A program made the translations under genes and the position numbers. Shown here one piece after another: positions 1-8,560 of a stretch of DNA of 64,000 nt; position 1 is the stretch's first letter; every line of letters starts with the position of its first letter. Under the pieces are notes generated by a model. The model saw nothing but the letters and a program-made list of their open reading frames with translations, did not search any database and had not been told where the DNA came from. The DNA lies in NCBI GenBank assembly GCA_050258455.1, contig JBLMYT010000012.1, positions 65,376-129,375 of the forward strand. The letters are read 5' to 3'. Origin of the DNA: Candidatus Omnitrophota bacterium (lineage in GTDB: Bacteria > Acidobacteriota > Aminicenantia > UBA2199).

Positions 1-328
1 GGTTTCCATGTACAATAAAATATACCTCCCTTATTTTGCGATGCGGCAAACCCTGATCCTGGATTGGATGCTGGGAAAAGGTTTTTCACTCGCCCGGATC
101 CGGTCCCGGATCGAGGACGAAATCGCCAAAGGGGTTCCGGTTTATCTGTTTTCCGATGCGCTGCCAGCCGGAGACGCGTTGAAGCACATGTTGAAAAACC
201 ACCGCATCGACGTTTCCGATTACTTTGAATTCATCAGACAATTAAATTTAAATGGACGGATACCATTACGCAACAATGACTACCTCCTTTTTCGAGAAAA
301 AGTAGGCAAAAAGCTTTTGGTAAAGTAG
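1..328 (+). CDS. hypothetical protein, probably the 3' part of a gene that begins upstream of the window
   Basis: The reading frame is open from base 2 to the stop at 326-328. No recognisable motifs. The ATG at position 8 could alternatively be a true start. Confidence 0.3.
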   Translation, partial: VSMYNKIYLPYFAMRQTLILDWMLGKGFSLARIRSRIEDEIAKGVPVYLFSDALPAGDALKHMLKNHRIDVSDYFEFIRQLNLNGRIPLRNNDYLLFREKVGKKLLVK

Positions 329-337
329 AGGCATGGA

Positions 338-1801
338 ATGAATGAATTATTAAACGACGTATTTGATCCCGAATCCTTTCGGAAAAATGGGCATCAACTG
401 GTAGACCTGTTAGCGGATTATCTGTTAAAGGCCCGAAATGGCGGGGATTTTCCGGTGTTGCCGTGGAAGGCGCCCGAGGAAATGGAAGCCAGATTGACAA
501 AGGATTTTCACGGTTCCGGTGCAGGCGATACCGAAGCCGCGTTTACGCGGTTTTGCAGCGAGGTGATTGAAAATTCGTTTCATTTCCATCATCCGGGAAA
601 CATGGGGCATCAGGTGGCGGTTCCGGCGCCCATGGCATCGCTGGTGGACTTCATGGGCAATGTGTTGAATAACAGCATGGCCATTTATGAAGTCGGACCG
701 TTTTCGTCGGTTGCCGAAAAAGTGGTGATGGACTGGTTGGGAGAGGTTTTGGGAATGGGGAAGAGGTCCGGGGGTGTGTTGACCTCCGGCGGTTCGATCG
801 GAAATTTGACGGCGCTTTTGGCTGCGCGCCAGAACAAAGCCGGCGACGACGTCTGGGAACAGGGCAACTGGGACCGTCCGCCCCTGGCGGTGATGGTTTC
901 GTCCGAATCGCATTACAGTGTTGCTCGGGCCGTCAAGATTATGGGATGGGGAGAAAAAGGGATCGTCAAGGTTCCCGTCAATGATCGTTCGCAAATCGAC
1001 CCCGATGCGCTTGAAGAAACGTATCGCCAGGCGATCAGGCAAGGCCGGCAGGTGATTGGCGTGGTGGCCAATGCGTGTTCGACTTCGACCGGGTCGTATG
1101 ATCCGCTGGATGCGATTGCCGATTTTTGTCGGGATAAAAATCTCTGGTTGCATGTGGATGGGGCGCATGGTGGCGGGGCGGTGTTAACGTCCAAGTACAA
1201 GCATTTGGTCAGAGGCATTGAAAAAGCCGATTCCGTTGTCGTCGATTTTCACAAGATGTTGTTGTGTCCGGCGTTAACCACTGCCGTGATCTTTAAAAAC
1301 GGGGACAATGCGTATGAAACCTTTTCCCAGAAGGCGTCCTACCTTTTGAGTGCGGATAAACGCGCCAGTGCCTTCGATATTGCCCAGCGGACCCTGGAGT
1401 GCACGAAAAAAATGATGGGGATTAAGGTGTATGCGTTATTAAAAATATATGGGGTTCGGTTATTTGAAGCGTATATCACCCGGGTGTATGACATGGCGGC
1501 AGAGTTTGCCGCGTTGATTCGGGATTCCGCTGATTTTGAATTGGCGTTGGAACCGACGTCCAATATTCTTTGTTTCCGGTATGTACCGGCATTCGTCCAA
1601 TCGGCGGATTTACGGGTGATCAACCAGTTGAATATCGATGTTCGGGAAAAGGTGAAAGAGGACGGGAATTTTTATATTGTTCGGACATTGGTTCATGATG
1701 CGGTTTATCTGCGATCGACCCTGATGAATCCGTTCACGTCTCGGGAAGACCTGGTCCGACTGCTTCAGCGGATTCGGGAGTTGGGGCCAGCAGGCCGGTG
1801 A
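338..1801 (+). CDS. pyridoxal-phosphate-dependent amino-acid decarboxylase (group II; Glu/DABA/aromatic-amino-acid decarboxylase family)
   Basis: 487 aa. Contains the motif SGGSIGNLTALLAAR and a PLP-lysine context VDFHKMLLCP. The overall length and motif order match group II decarboxylases. Confidence 0.85.
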   Translation: MNELLNDVFDPESFRKNGHQLVDLLADYLLKARNGGDFPVLPWKAPEEMEARLTKDFHGSGAGDTEAAFTRFCSEVIENSFHFHHPGNMGHQVAVPAPMASLVDFMGNVLNNSMAIYEVGPFSSVAEKVVMDWLGEVLGMGKRSGGVLTSGGSIGNLTALLAARQNKAGDDVWEQGNWDRPPLAVMVSSESHYSVARAVKIMGWGEKGIVKVPVNDRSQIDPDALEETYRQAIRQGRQVIGVVANACSTSTGSYDPLDAIADFCRDKNLWLHVDGAHGGGAVLTSKYKHLVRGIEKADSVVVDFHKMLLCPALTTAVIFKNGDNAYETFSQKASYLLSADKRASAFDIAQRTLECTKKMMGIKVYALLKIYGVRLFEAYITRVYDMAAEFAALIRDSADFELALEPTSNILCFRYVPAFVQSADLRVINQLNIDVREKVKEDGNFYIVRTLVHDAVYLRSTLMNPFTSREDLVRLLQRIRELGPAGR

Positions 1802-2084
1802 CTGGATCTTGAAAAAAAGAAAAGGGAATATTATAATACACCCATGAACGAAGACGCCGAGGGAGTGCTTCGCCATATGGTGAGAAACAATATTTTGTAT
1901 TTTGATCCTACCGAACTGGTCTATTACCCGCAGGGAATGAGTTACGTTTGGGGGATTAAGTCTTATTTTGAAAATGGCGATGCCGCCATTGAAACAAAAT
2001 AAGTTGCCGGTGGCCGGCAGCCGGTTAAGAAACTCAATCCTATCCTTTTCTTGTGTTGAAATCCAAAATTTGATAGAATGATAC

Positions 2085-4523
2085 ATGAAAAAACACATAC
2101 CTTTATTTATATTACTATTTATATTACCTGTCTTATTGGTTATCACCGTCTCTTATTTGAAAGATGCCCGTGGTCCTTACTGGCTCGGCACAAATTCGGA
2201 TCCCGATTATGTCTACCTTCTCAATTCATCCAATATGGCGGATTTAAAGAAGGTCGGCCATATCGACCACCCCGGAACCCCGGTTCAAATGCTGGGCGCC
2301 GGCGTTTTACGCGTCGTTCATCTGTTCAGCTCCACCAAAGATAATCTCCATACGGATGTCTTAAAACGCCCTGAATTCTATTTGAATGCCATTAACGGGG
2401 TGCTTCTGGCACTTAATTTTTTCATGATCCTGCTGCTTGGCATCGGTGTATACCGATTGACCGGAAGCCTGATCCAAAGTCTGCTGCTTCAATTCACCCC
2501 GTTTCTGATCGAATCGGCAGCGACCGGCTGCCTGACCAAGGTCAACCCGGAGCCGTTCCTGTTTTTGACGGGTCTCCTCCTGGTCTTCTTTCTGGTCAAA
2601 TGGACCCGTTCGGACCCGCACGCGTTCACGTTCAAGGAACCGATTCTCTGCGGCATGATCATGGGGCTCGGTATTGCAACCAAAATGACGTTCCTTCCCC
2701 TGGCTGTTATCCCGTTTGTTGTGTTTCCGAAGATAAAGGCAAAGGCCGTGTATTTCGGTTCCTCCATTCTGAGTTTCGTGATGTTTACTTTGCCCATCAT
2801 CAATATGTACCCTAAATTTTTCGACTGGATCATGCGGCTCATGACGCGCGAGGGTCGATACGGAACCGGGAAAGAACAATTCATCGACTGGGACGCCTGC
2901 TTCAAAAATACGCAGCAACTGCTGACCGAAAACCGGTTTTTTACGTTCGTTCTCGGGTTGTCGATTCTGGTTCTTCTTGCCGGAATCCTGGTTCCAGTGC
3001 TGCGAAAACGGTTCGCTTCCAGCCGTTATTTTAAACTCATCGGTGCCGTGATTCTCTCGGACCTCCTGGCGATGTTTATGATTTCCAAACATACGGGCCA
3101 ACACTATCTGCTGCCGGTTCTGTCGTTATCCTGCTTTTCCTTATACCTGATCCACGCCTATGTTCACGAGGCTCTGAACCACTTCAAGATCAAAACCAAA
3201 TACCTGACGATGGCTTCGATTCTGGTGATGGCAGGTCTGATCATCTGGCTAAACCCGTATCGCGAAATGAAACAAACGGCAGGTGCATGGAAAATTGTTC
3301 GAAATAAATCCATTGAAATCAATGATTTTGTTCAACAAAACTATCAGGATTACGCCAGGATTTATTATTACGGCAGTTCGTCACCGGCGTTTGCCTTAAA
3401 GTTCGGAAACGATTTATCCCTGAATTATCACCGGGATGTGCTTCAGCGGTTGTATCCCGACGTTTATTTTTATGATTTCATTCATAAAGAGTTTTACGGT
3501 TTCAATTACAATGAGACCAATCCGATTGCCAAACTCCAGTTAACCTACAGATCGAAGATCGTGTTTCAGGGACCGGAATGGCTGGAGATTCCGGGATTAA
3601 AATTAAAACCGGTTCGGGGCGGGAAGTTCATGGAGCGAATTTTGGTTCTGGATCAAAAGGAGTTCAAGGCGTTTAATCTGATTCAGGAGTGGGTGGTCCA
3701 GCACATTCCCAAAGGTCAAACGCTGGTGGTACCCAAAGAAGCGGCCATTTATATTACCTCCCTTCAAGCGGATTACAACATTGTGCTTTTGGATATCAAG
3801 CGTTTGCAGAAACCCGCGTTTTTAAACATGGGAGTATTTTTGGAGAATCCCTACTTTCTCGTTCCGTTCGTATCTTTTTATGGGAAGAGTACGCTTCCCC
3901 CTCTATTTGAGGAACGGTTAGACGCCATGCGGTATTTTATCGACAGAGAGGCCCTATTGCCCAATGACGAAAAGCCTCGATTTTTCATCGGGCGATTAAA
4001 GAAGAGTGCGTTTGATTTCTCTTCCCTGAAATACAAAGAGCTTGCCGTCTGGCAACCGCTCGAGAAAAATCCGGCCAATATTTCGCCTGCCATGGAATCG
4101 TTGGATATGAAAGGGCAGTTTGGGAGTGCCTATCAATCCGATGGGGCGCGGAATTGTTTTGCGGTGTGGAACACGGCGCCTTCAACGGATGTGGATCCCG
4201 CGTTTTGGCTTTTGGGTTACATGGCCAACAACAAAGGTCTGGCGATCGATCTCGCGCGCGTGGATCGGGTGTATTTCGTATCCAAGATCTATGTCTCGGA
4301 CAATATGATGAATAAAGAAAACCACATGTTTATCCAGGATTTTTGCAAGGATTGGGAACGGGAAAAAGTGTTTTTTCCTGCGCCGGGTTGGTATACGTAT
4401 TACATGTCGAAGAAAATTCGTCCCGGAAGCGCCAAGCTGCTTTTCGGATGGCGGTTTACGCCCCGGAAACTTCAGGACAAGCTGATGGTTAAAGACGTCA
4501 AGGCGTATATTCTTTTTAAATAA
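2085..4523 (+). CDS. large polytopic membrane protein, paralog A; putative GT-C-like glycosyltransferase (DUF2723/PMT/ArnT-like architecture)
   Basis: 812 aa. An N-terminal TM is followed by a loop with a DPDY acidic motif, then about 10 hydrophobic helices and a roughly 450-aa soluble C-terminal domain. It shares the N-terminal block ARGPYWLG.NSDP.YVYLLN...VGHIDHPGTPVQ and the C-terminal block YYY.GSSP..ALKFG.DLS with the next gene. Confidence 0.55.
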   Translation: MKKHIPLFILLFILPVLLVITVSYLKDARGPYWLGTNSDPDYVYLLNSSNMADLKKVGHIDHPGTPVQMLGAGVLRVVHLFSSTKDNLHTDVLKRPEFYLNAINGVLLALNFFMILLLGIGVYRLTGSLIQSLLLQFTPFLIESAATGCLTKVNPEPFLFLTGLLLVFFLVKWTRSDPHAFTFKEPILCGMIMGLGIATKMTFLPLAVIPFVVFPKIKAKAVYFGSSILSFVMFTLPIINMYPKFFDWIMRLMTREGRYGTGKEQFIDWDACFKNTQQLLTENRFFTFVLGLSILVLLAGILVPVLRKRFASSRYFKLIGAVILSDLLAMFMISKHTGQHYLLPVLSLSCFSLYLIHAYVHEALNHFKIKTKYLTMASILVMAGLIIWLNPYREMKQTAGAWKIVRNKSIEINDFVQQNYQDYARIYYYGSSSPAFALKFGNDLSLNYHRDVLQRLYPDVYFYDFIHKEFYGFNYNETNPIAKLQLTYRSKIVFQGPEWLEIPGLKLKPVRGGKFMERILVLDQKEFKAFNLIQEWVVQHIPKGQTLVVPKEAAIYITSLQADYNIVLLDIKRLQKPAFLNMGVFLENPYFLVPFVSFYGKSTLPPLFEERLDAMRYFIDREALLPNDEKPRFFIGRLKKSAFDFSSLKYKELAVWQPLEKNPANISPAMESLDMKGQFGSAYQSDGARNCFAVWNTAPSTDVDPAFWLLGYMANNKGLAIDLARVDRVYFVSKIYVSDNMMNKENHMFIQDFCKDWEREKVFFPAPGWYTYYMSKKIRPGSAKLLFGWRFTPRKLQDKLMVKDVKAYILFK

Positions 4524-4595
4524 ATTAAAATCAATTTAAATAAAACTTCGCGTTTAAATAACCGTCGCGTATTTACCAAAAATAAAAGTTTTTTG

Positions 4596-4617
4596 CTACT
4601 TTTTTTCAAAAAAGTAG
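4596..4617. repeat. A/T-only perfect hairpin, CTACTTTTTT-(TC)-AAAAAAGTAG
   Basis: A perfect 10-bp inverted repeat read directly from the sequence, lying between paralogs A and B. Confidence 0.5.
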
Positions 4618-4657
4618 AAGAAAAGAAAGAAAGAAAGAAAAAAAAAGAAAAGAAAAA
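4618..4657. repeat. homopurine (GAAA/GAAAA)n tract abutting the start codon of paralog B
   Basis: The sequence gaagaaaagaaagaaagaaagaaaaaaaaagaaaagaaaaa sits immediately 5' of the ATG at 4658. It is a candidate slipped-strand or regulatory tract. Confidence 0.6.
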
Positions 4658-6241
4658 ATGAAACGAAAGCATTATCCTTATTTGTTCATCTTTCCCTTGC
4701 TGATGGTATTCATTGCCATACCGATGAATCGTGCGCGGGGGCCGTATTGGTTGGGGAGTAATCTGGATCCCGAGTACGTGTATTTGCTGAATGCCGACAA
4801 TTTGGCCGGGTTGCGGGGCGTCGGGCACATCGATCATCCGGGAACGCCCGTGCAGGTCATGGGGGCGTTAACGATCCGAGCCCTTCATTGTTTCAGTCGC
4901 GGAACCGATGATGTTCACACGGACGTGGTGAAGCGGCCCGAATATTATTTAAATGCCATGAATACGATTTTGGTATCGCTCAATGTGATCATGCTTTCTA
5001 TTCTGGGAATTGTTTCCCTGATATTAACCGGGAGTTTGGGGGTCAGTCTTTGGCTTCAGGCGTCGATGTTTTTATCGATCGTGATTTTGCAATTCGGATT
5101 AACGCGGGTCACGCCCGAGCCGCTTCTTTTTTTGGCAAGTATGATGATGATCGGTGCTGTCTTATATGCGGTTTCCTGCCTGAAGCAGGAGAAACCAACC
5201 GGACGTCTTCTCGTTTTATTTGCCCTCATTACCGGATTCGGTATGGCGTGTAAAGTGACGTTTTTGCCGTTGATGGTGATTCCCCTGATCGTATTACCGG
5301 GTATTAAAAACAAAATTTCTTATTTGGCTGCGTCGACCGTGGGGTTTGTCGTTTTTACGCTTCCCATTATTCGAATGTACAATCGGTTTTTCGGGTGGAT
5401 CCATCAGTTGGTGACTCATTCGGGGCATTATGGGAATGGGCCTTCGGGGCTGATATCGACCGGCCGGTTGATGGAGAATTTGAAGAGCCTGATTCTTCAT
5501 CATGCATTCTTTTCCATTTCGTTATCGATCGGTTTTTTGGTCCTGGTTGCCGGGTTTGGGGTTCCCCGGTTTCGGAACTTACGAAAAGTACCGGAATCTA
5601 ACCTTTATTTTAAATTTCTGGTTGCGGTGGTGATGGCGCAAGTGATCGGTTTGTTGATAGTATCCAAGCACGCTTCGGATCATTATTTATTACCGGTGCT
5701 CAGTCTCTCCGGCCTGGCGTTATTTTTTGTTTATTCTTTTGTTTACTCTTTTGTTTACTCTTATCTAAAAAATTTGGGAATTTCTTTCCGTGTATTATCG
5801 TGGGTGATTTTAGCCGCGTTGGTGATCGGTATTAATCCCTGGAATCAGATTCAGTCCCGAATCGACGCGTTCACGCGTTTGAAAGAAACATCGTTGGCGA
5901 TTCACCAACACGCGGTGGAAACTTACAGAGACTTTGCCAGGGTTTATTATTATACGGGGTCTTCGCCGGAGTATGCGTTGAAATTCGGGGATGATCTGTC
6001 GCGAAGTTACCATTCGGAAGCCTTGAACCGGATCTACAAAGACGTTTATTTTTACGATATTTGGACGCAGCGATTGACGCGATTCGATTACAACCGGGTG
6101 GAATCGTTGGAACGGATGCGTTCAACGTATGGGGATAAGATTTTGTTTCAAGGAACACCGGGTTTGAAGATTCCCGGGTTGGAATTAAAAAAAATATTCG
6201 ATAATCAATCGAAAGAACGGATTTCAATCATTCACCCTTGA
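4658..6241 (+). CDS. polytopic membrane protein, paralog B of the upstream gene; putative GT-C-like glycosyltransferase
   Basis: 527 aa. Conserved blocks with paralog A are clear. It contains an in-frame triplicated 12-nt repeat encoding VYSFVYSFVYSY. The function is unverified. Confidence 0.55.
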   Translation: MKRKHYPYLFIFPLLMVFIAIPMNRARGPYWLGSNLDPEYVYLLNADNLAGLRGVGHIDHPGTPVQVMGALTIRALHCFSRGTDDVHTDVVKRPEYYLNAMNTILVSLNVIMLSILGIVSLILTGSLGVSLWLQASMFLSIVILQFGLTRVTPEPLLFLASMMMIGAVLYAVSCLKQEKPTGRLLVLFALITGFGMACKVTFLPLMVIPLIVLPGIKNKISYLAASTVGFVVFTLPIIRMYNRFFGWIHQLVTHSGHYGNGPSGLISTGRLMENLKSLILHHAFFSISLSIGFLVLVAGFGVPRFRNLRKVPESNLYFKFLVAVVMAQVIGLLIVSKHASDHYLLPVLSLSGLALFFVYSFVYSFVYSYLKNLGISFRVLSWVILAALVIGINPWNQIQSRIDAFTRLKETSLAIHQHAVETYRDFARVYYYTGSSPEYALKFGDDLSRSYHSEALNRIYKDVYFYDIWTQRLTRFDYNRVESLERMRSTYGDKILFQGTPGLKIPGLELKKIFDNQSKERISIIHP

Positions 6242-6280
6242 CCGGAAGATTTCAAACACTATTTATCCGAATAAAAAAAT

Positions 6281-7288
6281 ATGGTATCATTACCTCAAAT
6301 GGCAAGGATCGTAAAAATAGTTTTTTTCTTTATTTTTTTATTTACAGGGATATCCTGCCTTGTTCAGGGTGAAGCCAACCCATCCGATCCCGAAATCACA
6401 CCGTTAAAATACAATTATTATTACGTTTTCAAAGGGGATGCCAAAGGGACCATCCTGCTTATTTTTCATTATCGGGTTTATTACGAAGCGTCCGCGTCGA
6501 TTCAGCTCATTGCCGAAAGACAAAACGACAACACTTACCAATTTAATTACGATACGGCCAAAAATGCCTACGTGGCCCGTACGCTGGGATTCGGCGGACG
6601 CAGTATGTGTGTCATGAACGCAGATTACGATATCCATCACAACCTCACATTTGCCCGCGAAATTGAGAATTATTTAAAAACAATCCCCTATTACTCGAAA
6701 TACATCACCTCTTCCGGAATTTATCCTTATGAGATCACCACCAAAGATAAAACTGCCGTGACCTTTACCCGTGATCCCGGCGGCAAGACCCGAGACATCA
6801 TCTGCGATTTAAAACTGGTTCCAAAATTCAAGGACGACAAATTCGATACCTATTTTCATGTGGATAAAATCATGCAGGAAACCCTGAGGTGCTTCAACCA
6901 TTCGTTCCTGCCACCGGGAAAAGAACTTCAAGAGCTTCTCTCTTACCTCAATAAAGAATGGTGGAGCGCTCCGATCGATTTTTCTGCGATTATGAATGAA
7001 ATCTCTCGCCTCATTTCCACATTCACGGAAAAATACGTTCGCCTGCAACAGGAGTCACCCATCCGAATCAAATACCGAATCGCTTCCGCCGATAATGCCA
7101 TGATCCATGTCCTGGGTGAAACTTACCCGAATATCGGGATATGGCAGGATTGGAGAATAAAAAAAGTGGTCCGCAATATCAAGCTGAGACCCTCGGATTT
7201 CCTTCTTCTTGAGGATGAAGTGATCGCGGATATCAGAAATAAAAAAGGAAACGGCGGTTTCCTGCATGCATATTTGAAAAAGTTATAA
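6281..7288 (+). CDS. secreted hypothetical protein with an N-terminal signal peptide
   Basis: A hydrophobic N-terminus (IVKIVFFFIFLFTGISCLVQG) followed by a Tyr/Asn-rich soluble domain. No recognisable catalytic motifs. Confidence 0.5.
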   Translation: MVSLPQMARIVKIVFFFIFLFTGISCLVQGEANPSDPEITPLKYNYYYVFKGDAKGTILLIFHYRVYYEASASIQLIAERQNDNTYQFNYDTAKNAYVARTLGFGGRSMCVMNADYDIHHNLTFAREIENYLKTIPYYSKYITSSGIYPYEITTKDKTAVTFTRDPGGKTRDIICDLKLVPKFKDDKFDTYFHVDKIMQETLRCFNHSFLPPGKELQELLSYLNKEWWSAPIDFSAIMNEISRLISTFTEKYVRLQQESPIRIKYRIASADNAMIHVLGETYPNIGIWQDWRIKKVVRNIKLRPSDFLLLEDEVIADIRNKKGNGGFLHAYLKKL

Positions 7289-7386
7289 CCGTGTTGAGTG
7301 GATTCTCCGGCAATCGAATCCGGCCGAGCATGAGTCCTATTTTTTTAATATATTTACAAAAAAATATATACTAGCATTCGATATTA

Positions 7387-7395
7387 TGATATAAT
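7387..7395 (+). promoter_or_regulatory. extended -10 promoter element (TGaTATAAT) upstream of the radical SAM operon
   Basis: tTGATATAATt lies about 48 nt upstream of the ATG at 7443. A strong ribosome-binding site (AAAGGAGAAGG) precedes the start codon. Confidence 0.4.
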
Positions 7396-7442
7396 TAAAC
7401 GCGCTATACTTATCCGAACTAGATTCCGAAAGGAGAAGGATC

Positions 7443-8534
7443 ATGAACATCGGTCGACTTACATTTGTCGTCACGGATGATTGCAACTTCAGATGCCGTT
7501 ACTGCTCCCAGGAAAAAAACGGAACTCGCATCACCCATCCCATCATTCGAAATGCTCTGGAATTTTTTTCTCCCTTTTTTATGGAGGACCTTGTCATGAA
7601 CTTTTATGGTGGGGAGCCGCTCCTGGCGTACGATTATATCCGTTATGCCGTTGAAATGACCAGGGAACTGATCGGAAACCGGAACATTGAATGTACGTTT
7701 GGGATTTCGACCAACGGCAGCCTGCTGAACGATGACATCCTCGCGTTTTTTGACGAGCATCGATTTTCCGTCCTCTTGAGCTTCGATGGTCTGGCTCAAG
7801 ACCTGAACCGCCAACCGGGCAGCTTTGACCAAATGGTCAAGATCCTGAAGCGCATTCAGGATTTTCCGGGAATTTACCTCGAGACCAACAGTGTATTTAA
7901 TCCCCAATCGGTTTCCATGCTTAGCGAATCCATGCGTTTTATGGTGGAACAGGGAAGCACCGCGGCCATGGTGGATGTGTCTTCAATCGATCCCTGGTCT
8001 GCCTCCGAAATCGCGAGTTTTGAAGAGCAATTCGAGCAACTCCGCGAATATTTGGTTTCTTACTATAAAACGCATCGCGTCATACCGGTGAGCAATTTCC
8101 AGGAAAACAAACGCACCCGCCTGTTCGGGTGCGGCGCCGGGAGCGGCCGAATGGCCATTGCCCCGGATGGAAAGCTCTGGGGATGCCCTCTTTTTTACGA
8201 TTATTTCAAGGGCAAGGAAAATACCCCGGATTATCGGAAATATTTCTTTGGAGACTTGGACACATTTATCGCCCACCATGAAACCATTCATCCGAATATT
8301 TTACTCCATTACGAGGAACTGAACCAGGATTATTTCTGCACGGACCATGGCTATTGTTTCATGTGCGACGAACTGGAAGAATGTGCGACTTGCCCCATTT
8401 TCGCCGCTCAAGCCAGCTCCGAACTGGGAAAGATTCCTTCCCGCGTTTGCGAACTGACCAAAATCCGGAGACGGGTAATAAAAGAATTTTATCAAGATAT
8501 AGCGCCAATCAAATCCATTCCCATGGATAATTGA
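7443..8534 (+). CDS. radical SAM / SPASM-domain peptide-modifying enzyme (AnSME/PqqE/AlbA superfamily)
   Basis: A CNFRCRYC (CxxxCxxC) motif at residues 14-21 and the glycine-rich motif GGEPLL. The C-terminal SPASM cysteine cluster reads GCGAG...GCP ... CTDHGYCFMCDELEECATCP. A strong ribosome-binding site is present. Confidence 0.85.
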   Translation: MNIGRLTFVVTDDCNFRCRYCSQEKNGTRITHPIIRNALEFFSPFFMEDLVMNFYGGEPLLAYDYIRYAVEMTRELIGNRNIECTFGISTNGSLLNDDILAFFDEHRFSVLLSFDGLAQDLNRQPGSFDQMVKILKRIQDFPGIYLETNSVFNPQSVSMLSESMRFMVEQGSTAAMVDVSSIDPWSASEIASFEEQFEQLREYLVSYYKTHRVIPVSNFQENKRTRLFGCGAGSGRMAIAPDGKLWGCPLFYDYFKGKENTPDYRKYFFGDLDTFIAHHETIHPNILLHYEELNQDYFCTDHGYCFMCDELEECATCPIFAAQASSELGKIPSRVCELTKIRRRVIKEFYQDIAPIKSIPMDN

Positions 8535-8560
8535 TAAAATCAAAAAAATTTGGAGGAAAA

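Noticed and set aside
4472-4837. A - strand ORF encoding poly-Phe/Ser (FFFSFFFFLSFF)
   Set aside because: It is the reverse complement of the homopurine tract and the start of paralog B, not a gene.
7296-7330. A tRNA 3'-end-like fragment (TCGAATCC...GGCCGAG), considered as a tRNA or att remnant
   Set aside because: There is no complete cloverleaf, since the upstream 70 nt lie inside a CDS. The T-loop is non-canonical. It is more simply a weak GGATTC/GAATCC hairpin after the upstream gene.
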